From a virus (Duplodnaviria; Caudoviricetes): 64,000 nucleotides of DNA. Position numbers and translations under genes: made by a program. This document shows, in pieces, positions 46,995 through 56,908 of the stretch (its first letter is position 1; every line of letters starts with the position of its first letter). The notes under the pieces were generated by a model. It ran no database searches. It saw only the letters and a list, made by a program, of their open reading frames with translations, and was not told the DNA's origin. The stretch is taken from positions 1-64,000 of the IMG/VR virus record IMGVR_UViG_3300049137_000091; one strand, 5' to 3'.

Positions 46995-49074
46995 GGTCCC
47001 GGTCAACGAGGGCGGGGACCTGCTGCGCCGCACGCTGCCTGACGGCGTCCGGCCAGTCGTCCACCGCTGCGGCCGGGCCGCGCTGACCGCCGACGCCGAC
47101 GGCTCGCACACGCAGGGCGGCATGATCGCGCTGATGCCGACGCCCGAAGACGCCGAGCGCCTGGCCATCCCCGGCGGCGAGCCCGCGTCTGAGCTGCACC
47201 TGACGCTCGCCTACCTCGGTAGCGACATGTCGATTTTCAGCGAGGAAGACCGGGCCGCTCTGGTGGAAGGGGTCCGCAGGGAGACCCGTTACCTGTCGTC
47301 CATCACTGCGAAGGTCTTCGGCGCCGCGCTGTGGAACGGCGACGGCGACGAGCCCGCGTGGGTGTGGTCGGTCGGAGACCTTCCCGACGGAGGCTCGCTG
47401 GAGGCCGCGCATGAGGCCGCCGAGGAAGCGGTCTGGGTAGCCGAGATTCCCGCTCCGCCGCAGCACACCCCGTGGGCCGCTCACGTCTGTGCGGCGTACA
47501 GCGACGACCCGGCGCTGCTGGGTGAGCTGAACGCACGACTGGGCGAGGTCACCTTCGACCGGGTGCGCGTCTCCTTCGGCGACGACGACACCGACATTCC
47601 GCTGACCGGCGAGGCGGTGACGGCCGCCGGGCCGCTACGGCGCGAGCCGACCACCCTGGAGGCGGCCAGCCGGTGCGACTTCACGACCGTGCACCGGGAG
47701 TGGGAGGACGCGACCGCGCGGGCGACCGGCGCACTGCGCACCATCACCGCCGGCTGGCGCCTGGCCCTGCGCGGGCAGATCGTGCGCAGTCTCACCGACG
47801 ACGACCCGACCGACGTCCCCGACTTGTCCGTGGACACCCTGGAGGCGGCCACGACGCTGCTGTCCTTCATGGAGGAGTACGCCGTCGCGGCCGGACGGAC
47901 GATGGAAGAAGAGGCCCGGCGCCAGGGTGTCAGCGTGCCGCCGTGGACCGTCCCGGACGGCGATGATGACGCGCTGACGGCCGCGCTGACGGGCCGCCGG
48001 CTGCTGGAGTCGGTGTCGCGCATCGTCTCCGACCTGGCCGCGTCCACGCTGGTGCAGGCCGCCAAGCGCGCGCTGGTCCGGCGCCTGCGCACCGATGCAG
48101 CCCCGGCCACCGTAGCCACGGAGGTGGACCGTGAGCTGGACCGCATGGACGACACCGCCGTACAGGCGGCGGTCGGCCAGGCGATGACCGCCGCGCAGAA
48201 CGCTGGGCGCCTGGCCGTGATGGAGGCCGCCGAGCCGGCCCGGTCGTACGTGGCCAGCGAGATCCTGGACGGCCGCACCTGCGAACCGTGCAAGGCCATC
48301 GACGGACGCACCTTCACCACCCTGGCGAACGCGGTCGCCGAGTACCCGGTGATGGGTTTCAAGGACTGCACCGGCGCCCGGTACGGCAACGCGTGCCGGG
48401 GCTTCATCGTCGCCGTGTGGCAGGAGGTCCGCGAGGACGCGGCCACCACGGCGAGCGCGCACCGCCACTACCTGCACGGCACACCGGGCCGCCCCTCGTA
48501 CCGCAAGTACCACCCCAAGAGCGGCGCGGCACAGGCAGGGCGGAAGACCCAGCACAGGAACGGCGGATGGCTTGGCAGTAACCGGTTCACCGAGCGGGAG
48601 CACGACATGGCGCTGGGGAGCTACACGAGCCGTGGCTACAAGACCATCAACGAGTGCCTGCGCACGGACTGCCAGGGGTCCGAGGACGAAGTCGCGCAGA
48701 CCCGCGAACGCATCAGCACACTCTCGGACCTGGTCAACATCCAGGACCCGACCACCGAGGAGATGCGCACGTACAGGGGGGTGAGGGGCATCCGTCTTGA
48801 TCTTGCCGAGGGTGACGAGTTCCATGACCGGGGCTTCGTCTCCACCACCCGCGACGAGAACTTCGCGAAAGGCTGGATATCCGGCTGGGGGACCATTGTC
48901 CGCATCAAGGTCCCCAAGGGCTCGCAAGTCCTGGACGTCACGGCGCTGGGCGGCCCGGGTTCCGAGAGGGAGGTCATCCTTCCGCCGGGCAGCAAGTTCC
49001 GCGTGACCCGCGCCCAAGTGCCGGACAGCCCGATGGAAGCCGTCGTTCTGGACGTGGAGTTGATCAATGGCTAA
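46975..49074 (+). CDS. 2H-phosphoesterase / MuF-like minor head / ADP-ribosyltransferase fusion
   Basis: HLTLAYLG and HVC; SEILDGRTCEPC...CRG; YKTINECLR, TYRG, FVSTT, EREVIL. Confidence 0.75.
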   Translation: MAPTPSEVPVNEGGDLLRRTLPDGVRPVVHRCGRAALTADADGSHTQGGMIALMPTPEDAERLAIPGGEPASELHLTLAYLGSDMSIFSEEDRAALVEGVRRETRYLSSITAKVFGAALWNGDGDEPAWVWSVGDLPDGGSLEAAHEAAEEAVWVAEIPAPPQHTPWAAHVCAAYSDDPALLGELNARLGEVTFDRVRVSFGDDDTDIPLTGEAVTAAGPLRREPTTLEAASRCDFTTVHREWEDATARATGALRTITAGWRLALRGQIVRSLTDDDPTDVPDLSVDTLEAATTLLSFMEEYAVAAGRTMEEEARRQGVSVPPWTVPDGDDDALTAALTGRRLLESVSRIVSDLAASTLVQAAKRALVRRLRTDAAPATVATEVDRELDRMDDTAVQAAVGQAMTAAQNAGRLAVMEAAEPARSYVASEILDGRTCEPCKAIDGRTFTTLANAVAEYPVMGFKDCTGARYGNACRGFIVAVWQEVREDAATTASAHRHYLHGTPGRPSYRKYHPKSGAAQAGRKTQHRNGGWLGSNRFTEREHDMALGSYTSRGYKTINECLRTDCQGSEDEVAQTRERISTLSDLVNIQDPTTEEMRTYRGVRGIRLDLAEGDEFHDRGFVSTTRDENFAKGWISGWGTIVRIKVPKGSQVLDVTALGGPGSEREVILPPGSKFRVTRAQVPDSPMEAVVLDVELING

Positions 49075-50716
49075 CCGGATCGAAGACCGGGCGGGCGACT
49101 GGACCATGGACGTCCTTGTCGTGGACAAGCGCGCCCACAACGTCACCGCCGCCATCGACGGGCGGGCGAGCGGCACCACCAACCCGGCCGCATTGGACGC
49201 GGCGGAAGGAGAGCAGGCCATGACGACCGAAGCGACCGAGGCGCTGGGCAAGGGCGAGCCGAATCCGGGCACGCCGAAGGACAAGCGGCTGAAGGAGAAC
49301 CGGAAGGAGGACGAACAGGGCTGCCCGCCCGGAATGGTCTGGGACGGGGACGCCGGCGAGTGCGTCAAGGAGGTGCCCGGCGAGCAGGCGGCCCGCGCCG
49401 AGACGCTGGCGCAGGGCGCGCGGGCCGACGCCGACGAGGTGACCGGTCCGGCCCCATCCGAGATCGGCGGAGAGCAGACGGCTCCGTGGCGGGGCCCGCT
49501 CACCGTGGAAGGCGTTGAGACCGGCGACGGCCGCGAGTTCTCCCCCGAGTCGCTGACGTGGGCCGACCTGCCGCTGCCGCTGCGCTGGAACAAGGAGGAC
49601 TCCCACGGCGGCGAGCCCCGGACGATCGCGGTCAACGTCGGCCGCATCGACCGCATCTGGCGCGACGAGGGCGGCCTGGTGATGGGCGAGGGCGTGCTCG
49701 ACCTGTCCACCGACGACGGCCGCACTGTGCACGGCAAGATCAAGGGCCAGTTCTTGCGGGGCGTGTCCGTGGACGTCGACTCCATCAAGGACGCCGACAT
49801 GGAGCTGGTCTGGCCGGACGACCCGGACGCCGACGGCGAAGGCTCTGCGTTCGACATGCTGTTCGCCTCTCCGGAGAAGGTCGTCTTCCACAAGGGCCGC
49901 ATCCGTGCGGCCACGCTGGTGGACATCCCCGCTTTCGCCGAGGCGTACATTGCGCTGTTGGACGAGGCGGGTGCGGTCGTCGCCGGCGGCACTCCGGCCG
50001 GGACGATGGCGCTGCGCCAGACGGTTACGGCGCGGTCGGTGTCGTCGGTGGAGGCGCCGGTGCGCCCGCCGGCCGCGTGGTTCGCCGACCCGAAGCTGTC
50101 CGTGCCGACCGGGATCACGGTCACGCCGGAGGGGCGGGTGTACGGACACGCCGCGCTGTGGGGGACCTGCCACATCGGGCAGGCCGGGGTGTGCGTCACC
50201 CCGCCGCGCGAGGACGCGCACCCGTACTTCATGACCGGCAACGTCTGGACGGAGACCGGCGACTCGGTGTCCGTCGGCCAGATCACCGTCGGCACCGGGC
50301 ACGCCCCGCTCAACTACTCCCACCGGGCGGCGGCCGAGCACTACGACAACACCGGCGCCGCCGTGGCGGACGTCGCCGTCGGCAACGACGAGCACGGCAT
50401 CTGGGTGGCCGGATCGATCCGGCCCTACACCGCCGAATCCCGCATCCGGGAGCTGCGCGCGGCCGGGCAGGTGTCCGGCGACTGGCGACGCATCGGCGGC
50501 CAGCTCCGGCTGGTCGGTCTGCTCGCCGTCAACGTGCCCGGGTTCCCGGTGCCGAAGCTGCGCACGGGCCTGGCGCACGGGCAGCAGTACGCGCTGGTAG
50601 CGGCCGGTATCCCGCCGCTCACCGAGTCTGTGGACGAGGCCGAGCTGGACCAGTGGGCCTACCGCCGGGTGCTGGCCTCCCTGTCCCGCAAGGTCCACGA
50701 CACCGAAGGGAGGTGA
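49067..50716 (+). CDS. Capsid maturation protease/scaffold-like protein
   Basis: Position between MuF and capsid; EGVETGDGR, RGVSVD, AGQVSGDWR; alternative start near 49220. Confidence 0.6.
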   Translation: MANRIEDRAGDWTMDVLVVDKRAHNVTAAIDGRASGTTNPAALDAAEGEQAMTTEATEALGKGEPNPGTPKDKRLKENRKEDEQGCPPGMVWDGDAGECVKEVPGEQAARAETLAQGARADADEVTGPAPSEIGGEQTAPWRGPLTVEGVETGDGREFSPESLTWADLPLPLRWNKEDSHGGEPRTIAVNVGRIDRIWRDEGGLVMGEGVLDLSTDDGRTVHGKIKGQFLRGVSVDVDSIKDADMELVWPDDPDADGEGSAFDMLFASPEKVVFHKGRIRAATLVDIPAFAEAYIALLDEAGAVVAGGTPAGTMALRQTVTARSVSSVEAPVRPPAAWFADPKLSVPTGITVTPEGRVYGHAALWGTCHIGQAGVCVTPPREDAHPYFMTGNVWTETGDSVSVGQITVGTGHAPLNYSHRAAAEHYDNTGAAVADVAVGNDEHGIWVAGSIRPYTAESRIRELRAAGQVSGDWRRIGGQLRLVGLLAVNVPGFPVPKLRTGLAHGQQYALVAAGIPPLTESVDEAELDQWAYRRVLASLSRKVHDTEGR

Positions 50717-50721
50717 CCCCC

Positions 50722-50832
50722 ATGTTCCGCCGCACCCAGTTCACCCGTCTCGACGGACAACGGTTCCGCTGCTCCTGGTGGCAGTTCGGCAGCAGGATCT
50801 TCCGGTACCGCGAATACCTCGAAGGGAGGTGA
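50722..50832 (+). CDS. 36-aa basic/aromatic small protein
   Basis: GGGAGG SD; flanked by 16-bp direct repeats. Confidence 0.45.
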   Translation: MFRRTQFTRLDGQRFRCSWWQFGSRIFRYREYLEGR

Positions 50833-50837
50833 CCCGT

Positions 50838-50933
50838 ATGCGTCTCGTGATCGATTTGGGCTGCGGCTGCGGCAAGCCGTACGCGCCGCCGCCCCCGCCG
50901 CCCCCGCCGCCGATCGGCGGACCGGCGGCCTGA
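50838..50933 (+). CDS. 31-aa GCGCGK/poly-Pro peptide
   Basis: GGGAGG SD; MRLVIDLGCGCGKPYAPPPPPPPPPIGGPAA. Confidence 0.45.
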   Translation: MRLVIDLGCGCGKPYAPPPPPPPPPIGGPAA

Positions 50934-51042
50934 ACTGGGACAACGGGCGGATCGTCAAGGGTCGTTCGACTTTTTGGCGATCCGCCCGTTTGCGCTTACT
51001 CTGCGCGCCGTCCTGATCAGACCATTTCCCGGGAGGTCCGCA

Positions 51043-52827
51043 GTGCCGGAGCCCGAGCTGTTCACCGCACCCGACGACCTCTCGCTGGTCCCTGAGGGCG
51101 AGCTGGCCGAACTGGAGGCGGGCGCGGTCGCCGAATTCGACCGCATCGCCAGTCTGTCCGAGCTGACGCCGGAGCACATCGCCTACTCTCAGCGGCTCAC
51201 CGGCGACCTGGACCGCATCCGCGCCGAGCTGCGCGTGCGCGCCGTCCGGGCGCAGGAGCAGGCCACCACCGCGCAGGCCGAGCGCGCCCGCCAGATGTCG
51301 CTGCTGCGCCAGTCGGTGCACGGCGGTGAGACCGCCACGACCGGGGAGGGCGAGGGCGGCACGCCCGCTCCGGTCGTGGCCGGCGGGGTCAACCTGACCG
51401 CGCTCACCGAGGCCACGGCCAAGGGAGTCGTCGCCGCCCTGTACGGCGACCAGGCGCCGCAGGACGTGCAGCGCCGCGTCGCCTCGCTGTCGCAGGTGCG
51501 CGAGCGCGCCCCGCAGCCGAAGATCCCGTCCGCCACCAACGCGGTCACCGCGTCCGTGGACATCCCGGGCGTGGCCGCCGGGCAGACCCTGCCCACCATG
51601 GAGGCGCTGAGCGAGGCGTTCCGCGCCAAGGCCAAGGCCGTGCCGACCACGCACTATGGCAGCCAGGGCGCCCCGCGCCACCTGGTCGCCTCGGTGCGCA
51701 ACCGGTTCGACCACACCGTGGACGACCGCACGTCGGCGTCCACCGTGGAGGAGCTGTGGCACTCGATGACGCAGGAGGGCGGCAAGGCCGACGCCCTGCT
51801 CGCCGGCGGCGGCTGGTGCGCGCCGTCGCAGACCACGTACGACTTCTTCAACATCGCCGACGCCCCGGTGGGTCTCATCGACCTGCCTACCGTCGGCGTC
51901 TCGCGGGGCGGCATCCGCTACCCGGTCAGCCCGTCGATCGGCGAGGTGTTCTTCACCGATGCCGGCTCCAACCCGGCCACCGGGTTCGGCGGGTTCGCGG
52001 CGGCGTTCTCCAACGCCTCCGACCCGTGGCTGTGGACCGAGGCCGACGACATCGCCACCGTCACCGGCTCGGTCAACAAGCCGACCCTGCGGGTGCCGTG
52101 CCCGACCTTCGCCGAGGAGCGGCTGGAGGCGTACGGCATCTCGCTCACGGCGGGCAACCTGACCGACGACGCCTACCCGGAGTCCACGCAGAACTTCATC
52201 CAGCTTCTGCGGGCCGCGTACGCGCACGTCATCAACGCCCGGCTGATCAGCCTCATGGTGGCCCGGTCCACCAGCGCGATCACCTTCGGCGGCAACGTCC
52301 CGGCCACGCAGACGCTGCTGGACGGCGCCGAGCTGGCCGCCATCGACTACCGCGCCAAGTACGGCATGCGCGAGGACGCGGTGCTGGAGATCATCTTCCC
52401 GCGCTGGGTGCTCGCCGTCATCCGGGCCGACCTGGCCTGGAGGACGTCGGTGGAGCGCGAGAGCGTCAGCGATGCGCAGATCACCGCGTGGTTCACCGAC
52501 CGGGGCCTGCGTCCGCAGTTCGTCTCCGACTGGCAGGTGCGCGGCGCCAACCAGTTCGGCCGCCAGTCCGCGAACCTCACCGCGTGGCCGACGTCGGCCG
52601 ACTTCCTGCTCTACGCGGCCGGCACCTTCCTGCACGGCAACGGCCTCCAGCTCGACCTGGGCGTCACCCGCGACAGCCAGCTCAACGCCGAGAACGACCA
52701 CAGCGCGCTGTGGGCGGAGGAGGCGCACCTGGTCGCCAAGGTCGGCCACGAGTCCCGGCTGTACCGGGCGTCCTTCCAGGTCAACGGTGCGGGCACGGCG
52801 GGCATCGCTCACGCCGCGCAGATTTGA
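51043..52827 (+). CDS. Major capsid protein with N-terminal scaffold-like region
   Basis: GGGAGG SD before GTG; GGWCAPSQTTYDF, RGGIRYP, C..F.E.RL. Confidence 0.8.
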   Translation: MPEPELFTAPDDLSLVPEGELAELEAGAVAEFDRIASLSELTPEHIAYSQRLTGDLDRIRAELRVRAVRAQEQATTAQAERARQMSLLRQSVHGGETATTGEGEGGTPAPVVAGGVNLTALTEATAKGVVAALYGDQAPQDVQRRVASLSQVRERAPQPKIPSATNAVTASVDIPGVAAGQTLPTMEALSEAFRAKAKAVPTTHYGSQGAPRHLVASVRNRFDHTVDDRTSASTVEELWHSMTQEGGKADALLAGGGWCAPSQTTYDFFNIADAPVGLIDLPTVGVSRGGIRYPVSPSIGEVFFTDAGSNPATGFGGFAAAFSNASDPWLWTEADDIATVTGSVNKPTLRVPCPTFAEERLEAYGISLTAGNLTDDAYPESTQNFIQLLRAAYAHVINARLISLMVARSTSAITFGGNVPATQTLLDGAELAAIDYRAKYGMREDAVLEIIFPRWVLAVIRADLAWRTSVERESVSDAQITAWFTDRGLRPQFVSDWQVRGANQFGRQSANLTAWPTSADFLLYAAGTFLHGNGLQLDLGVTRDSQLNAENDHSALWAEEAHLVAKVGHESRLYRASFQVNGAGTAGIAHAAQI

Positions 52828-52863
52828 CGGACGACCCGGGACGAGTGAGGGGAGCGTGACGGC

Positions 52864-53742
52864 ATGACGGGACTTCGCGTCCTGACCGACGGCCCTGTGT
52901 TCGAAGCGCTCCCTGACCCGCTGTGGGAGGCCGCGCAGCACCCGCAGCCGCCCGGCCCGCACTGGCAGCAGGGCATCACCTGGACGGAGTGGTGCGGCGG
53001 CGGGGAGACCACCTACGACGAGTGCCTGGCGTTCACCGGTTCGGGCGCCCCGCCCGCGCCGGGCGCGCTGGCCGAGACCGGCGACGCGTGCACGGTGCGG
53101 GGCGCGACCGCGTTCACTGTGTACGCCGGGTACACGGCGTCCCTGATCGGGTCCGACGGCGAAGATCAGGCCGAGGTGGCGCTGGCGCGGTCGGAGGCGT
53201 ACCAGACGTCCCGGGCGTTCTGGACCGGCACGGCCGGCGGGCAGCAGGTCGTGTGGCCGCACCTGGCCGCCGGCGCCGCCCTGGACGATCCGCACGGGGC
53301 GACCTTGCAGACCGAACCGGAAACGGTGCTCGCCTCCCCGGCCGACCCGGCCGTGGCCTTCGGCGCGGTTGAAGCCCGGCTGGCGGCCGTCTACGGCGGA
53401 CGCGGCGTCATCCACGTCCCGCCCGCCCTGCTGCCGGTGCTGATGGACCGCACGCTGGCCACCCCTGGCGATGACGGCGTGCTCCGGTCCCCGGCCGGGC
53501 ACCGTGTCGTCGCCGCGCCCGGGTACACCGGGTCCGGGCCGGACGGCGCCGCGCCGGCGGCCGGAACGTTCTGGATCTACGCGACCGGGGCCATGTTCTC
53601 CTACCGGTCGGACGTGTTCGTTCGGGACATGCCCGGCACGTTCGACCGCGCCACCAACACGGTCCGCAAGCTGGCGTCGCGCACCTACCTGTTCGCGTGG
53701 GAGTGCACCCACCTGGCAGCCCAAATCAACGTACCCGCGTGA
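52864..53742 (+). CDS. Second capsid-associated protein (pentamer/minor capsid candidate)
   Basis: Follows MCP; HWQQGITW...C, FTVYA, GVIH, IYATG, ASRTY. Confidence 0.5.
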   Translation: MTGLRVLTDGPVFEALPDPLWEAAQHPQPPGPHWQQGITWTEWCGGGETTYDECLAFTGSGAPPAPGALAETGDACTVRGATAFTVYAGYTASLIGSDGEDQAEVALARSEAYQTSRAFWTGTAGGQQVVWPHLAAGAALDDPHGATLQTEPETVLASPADPAVAFGAVEARLAAVYGGRGVIHVPPALLPVLMDRTLATPGDDGVLRSPAGHRVVAAPGYTGSGPDGAAPAAGTFWIYATGAMFSYRSDVFVRDMPGTFDRATNTVRKLASRTYLFAWECTHLAAQINVPA

Positions 53743-53755
53743 GGGGTGAAGATCA

Positions 53756-54436
53756 GTGGTAGCGACAGTCATGTCTACGGCGACCCCGATCAAGGGGACG
53801 GTCTTCCGCATTGTGCGGCTGGACGCCTGCGGCAACCCGGTGACCGGCACCGGGTCCCTCTCCATCGTGTCCAAGGGCTTCGTCTCGGTGCAGATGGAGC
53901 CCCAGTACGAGGACGGCGAGGAGTTCTTCGAGCGCACCGCCGACGGCACCCCGTGCGTCAACCAGATGGACGACCCCATCCTCAAGAGGATGCAGCTCAC
54001 CATCGAATTCTGCGAAATCAACACGACCGGCGTGGCCTACTTGGCGTCCGCCCGTGAGCTGACCGTCAACGGCGCCGGGGTGACCGGCACCGGCTTCGCC
54101 TTCGCCGAGGGTTCGCCCACCAACCGCTACTCGCTGGAGGTCTGGCAGCGGGTGGCCGGCTCGGGCGCGTGCGACCCGTCCGGCGCGCAGCGCTACATCT
54201 ACAACGCGTGGCCCAACGTCGGCGCCTCGCAGGTCGGCTCGTACAACATCGAGAACGGCCGCTCCACCCTGTCCATCGTCTCGAACACGGCGGCGCCGTC
54301 GGTCGCCGGCTGGGGCAGCGGTCCGGGCGGTACGTCGTGGCTGCCGGCCGGGGAGACGGTGCAGGACGGCGAGCACTGGCTGTGGAACATCACCACGACG
54401 GCCCCGCCGGTGCCGCAGGCCGGCGCACTGACGTGA
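53756..54436 (+). CDS. Major tail protein
   Basis: RLDACGNP, YEDGEE, PCVN, LEVWQ motifs; position in module. Confidence 0.65.
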   Translation: MVATVMSTATPIKGTVFRIVRLDACGNPVTGTGSLSIVSKGFVSVQMEPQYEDGEEFFERTADGTPCVNQMDDPILKRMQLTIEFCEINTTGVAYLASARELTVNGAGVTGTGFAFAEGSPTNRYSLEVWQRVAGSGACDPSGAQRYIYNAWPNVGASQVGSYNIENGRSTLSIVSNTAAPSVAGWGSGPGGTSWLPAGETVQDGEHWLWNITTTAPPVPQAGALT

Positions 54437-54735
54437 CGGTGCTGCTCGGCGGCGAGCGGCGGTGGTCCTGCCCCAACTGCTCGCACCGGGACCTGACCTT
54501 CGCAGGCGAGGTCAACCGGTTCCACCGGTGCCCCGGCCTGCGGGGTCTGCTCGCGCCCCTCGTGCTCGACGGCACCGACTGCACGGTGCGGGCCGTCGAG
54601 CGCGGGGACTACGTCGCAGGCGAGCGGGTCCGCACGGACGCCGCCGGCCGCCCGGTGATGGCGGTGGAGGTGGAACGCGACGACGGGACGGACGTCGTCG
54701 TGTTCGCCCCGACCGCGAGCGTTCGAAGGAGCTGA
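54433..54735 (+). CDS. Hypothetical Zn-ribbon protein
   Basis: GTGA coupling; CPNC...HRCPG. Confidence 0.6.
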   Translation: MTVLLGGERRWSCPNCSHRDLTFAGEVNRFHRCPGLRGLLAPLVLDGTDCTVRAVERGDYVAGERVRTDAAGRPVMAVEVERDDGTDVVVFAPTASVRRS

Positions 54736-54739
54736 CCTG

Positions 54740-55222
54740 ATGGCGTGGACGTCGTCCCGGGTGTTCCGGGAATGGGTGGCCGGCCCGATGATGCAAGCGG
54801 CCGGCACGGGCTACACCGGGCTCGACTCGGACACGGTCAAGGCGGCCCTGTTCAACAACACCGTGTCGCCCGACGCCGACGCGGCCGTGACCGCCACCGG
54901 CTACGGCACAGGCACCTGGACGACCGCGCGGGAAGTCTCCAGCGGCACCGGGTGGCCGGTGGGAGGCCGGGCACTGACCGGCAAGACGGTATCCGGACCG
55001 GAGCCGGGCGTGATGGCGTTCGGGGCCGCCAACCTGGCCGCCACCGGCACCGTCACCCTGTCCAGCGTCTACGGCGCGCTGGTCTACGACGACTCGGTCA
55101 CCGGCGGCACCGTCGCCGACCAGGGCGTGGCCTACCTCTACTTCGGCGGTGCCGTGTCGGTGACGTCCGGCACGTTCACCGTCGTCTGGAACGGCGACGG
55201 CATCATGCGGTTCACGGTCTGA
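54740..55222 (+). CDS. Virion structural protein (beta-rich)
   Basis: KAALF, EVSSGTGW..GG, FGG.VS..SGTF.V.W. Confidence 0.55.
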   Translation: MAWTSSRVFREWVAGPMMQAAGTGYTGLDSDTVKAALFNNTVSPDADAAVTATGYGTGTWTTAREVSSGTGWPVGGRALTGKTVSGPEPGVMAFGAANLAATGTVTLSSVYGALVYDDSVTGGTVADQGVAYLYFGGAVSVTSGTFTVVWNGDGIMRFTV

Positions 55223-55235
55223 CGCGGGAGGCACG

Positions 55236-55985
55236 ATGGCGGACTTCGGGCCGTGCGAGGACTGGCCGGTGCAGTGGGTGTGCGACACGGCGACGTACTC
55301 ACCGGAGGTCACCGGCTATGCGGTGAGCGCCGCCACCCGCATCCTGTGGTCGCTGTCCGGCCGCCGTTTCGGTCTGTGCACTTCCACACTTCGCCCGGTC
55401 ACGTCCGGCGAGACGTGGGACCCGGGCCGGTTCTGGTCCTGGGACGGCACCTGGCGGGCGACGACACCCCCGTACGGGTTCTGGGTGCTGCCGTGCACGG
55501 CGGCCCCGGAGATCCGCCTTCCCGCGCCCGTGGACCGGATCACCGAGGTCCGGGTGGACGGTGCCGTACTCGATCCGGGTGCCTACCGGCTGGACAACCA
55601 CCGCATCCTCGTCCGCACCGACGGCGGCGCCTGGCCGCGCGTTCAGAACCTCCTCCGGCCCGACAGCGAGCCGGGCACGTGGTCGGTGACGGCCGCCTAC
55701 GGCGAGGACGTGCCCGACTCCGGCCGGCTGGCCATGGGCGAGCTGTCCTGCGAGATCGTCAAGGCGTCCACCGGCGTGGACTGCCGGCTGCCCCCGGGCG
55801 TGACCCAGCTTGTCCGCCAGGGCGTCACTATCCAGTACCCGGACGTCGGGCAGCTCTTGAAGGAGGGCCGCACCGGCCTGTACCTGGTGGACCTGTTTCT
55901 GGCGTCCGAGAATCCGCACGGTCTGGCCCGGCGTGCCCGGGTCTACAACGTGGACGTGCCGTTGCCGAGGAGGACCGACGGATGA
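55236..55985 (+). CDS. Head-to-tail adaptor
   Basis: ATRILWSLSGRRFG.C; CRLP; RQGV; TGL..VD. Confidence 0.65.
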   Translation: MADFGPCEDWPVQWVCDTATYSPEVTGYAVSAATRILWSLSGRRFGLCTSTLRPVTSGETWDPGRFWSWDGTWRATTPPYGFWVLPCTAAPEIRLPAPVDRITEVRVDGAVLDPGAYRLDNHRILVRTDGGAWPRVQNLLRPDSEPGTWSVTAAYGEDVPDSGRLAMGELSCEIVKASTGVDCRLPPGVTQLVRQGVTIQYPDVGQLLKEGRTGLYLVDLFLASENPHGLARRARVYNVDVPLPRRTDG

Positions 55986-56479
55986 TCTCCGGACCCGCGA
56001 GGTGGTGGACGGTCGGCAAGTACATCGAGCAGGCCGCGTACGACGCGCTCAGCAGCAAGCCGGGCCGGCGCGGCCTGGTGCCCGGCGAGGTGGCCTGGGA
56101 CTCCTGCGACGGCGGCGGCACGCTGGCCGTCTCGGTGCGCCGCGTCTACGTCTCCGACGTCTTCCCCGACGAGGCCGACAACGTCACCGGCCGCTGCACG
56201 TCGCCGTACGAGGTGTGCGAGGCGGTCGTGTCCGTCATCCGGTGCGCGCCGCAGCCGGACGGGACGTCGATGGCCCCGGCCTCCGACGACCTGGAGGCGG
56301 CGGCCGGGCTGATGCTCCAGGACATCGCCGAGGTGATGGGCGCCCTCATGGTGCTGACGTGCCACCTGCACGACGCCGGCGAGATATCCGACTACCTGGT
56401 GTCGCCGGCGGAGGCGCAGGGGCCGGAGGGCGGCTGCGTCGGCTTCAACCTGACCGTCCGCGTCGCCCTGGTGCGCTGA
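55982..56479 (+). CDS. Tail terminator/completion candidate
   Basis: ATGA coupling; AWDSC; GPEGGCVG. Confidence 0.55.
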   Translation: MISGPARWWTVGKYIEQAAYDALSSKPGRRGLVPGEVAWDSCDGGGTLAVSVRRVYVSDVFPDEADNVTGRCTSPYEVCEAVVSVIRCAPQPDGTSMAPASDDLEAAAGLMLQDIAEVMGALMVLTCHLHDAGEISDYLVSPAEAQGPEGGCVGFNLTVRVALVR

Positions 56480-56482
56480 GCC

Positions 56483-56848
56483 GTGCCCGCCGCGCGCATC
56501 GAGATCCGCCGGGCCGGGGTCAACGGTCTGCTGCTGGATCCGGACTCCCCGGTGATGCGGGACCTGATCAAGCGGGCCCGCCGGGTGCAGCGCAACGCCC
56601 GGCGCATGGCCCCCGGCAGCATGGGCCGCAAGGTGAACGCGGTCATCGTCGGCCGGCACGTCCGTGTCGAGTCCACGCACCCCGCCACCCTGTACGTGAT
56701 CAAGGGGACCCGGCCGCACCGGATCCTGCCCCGCAACCGCACCGTGCTGAAGTTCAACGTCAAAGGCCGCACCGTGTTCGCCCGCGCGGTCAACCACCCC
56801 GGCACGAAGAAGAACGACTTCCTGACCAAAGCCCTGCGGATGGGCTGA
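56483..56848 (+). CDS. HK97 gp10-like neck/tail-completion protein
   Basis: Basic; YV.KGTRPH.I...V.HPGT...FL. Confidence 0.65.
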   Translation: MPAARIEIRRAGVNGLLLDPDSPVMRDLIKRARRVQRNARRMAPGSMGRKVNAVIVGRHVRVESTHPATLYVIKGTRPHRILPRNRTVLKFNVKGRTVFARAVNHPGTKKNDFLTKALRMG

Positions 56849-56908
56849 GCCCCGGCCCCTGACCCTGACCGGAACGATCATGGTGGGGTCTGGGCGCATC
56901 ATGCCCCC

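Noticed and set aside
49067-49219. N-terminal segment of the protease ORF as an ART immunity peptide
   Set aside because: A second SD/ATG near 49220 is suggestive, but no stop separates the segment and no motif supports an immunity role.
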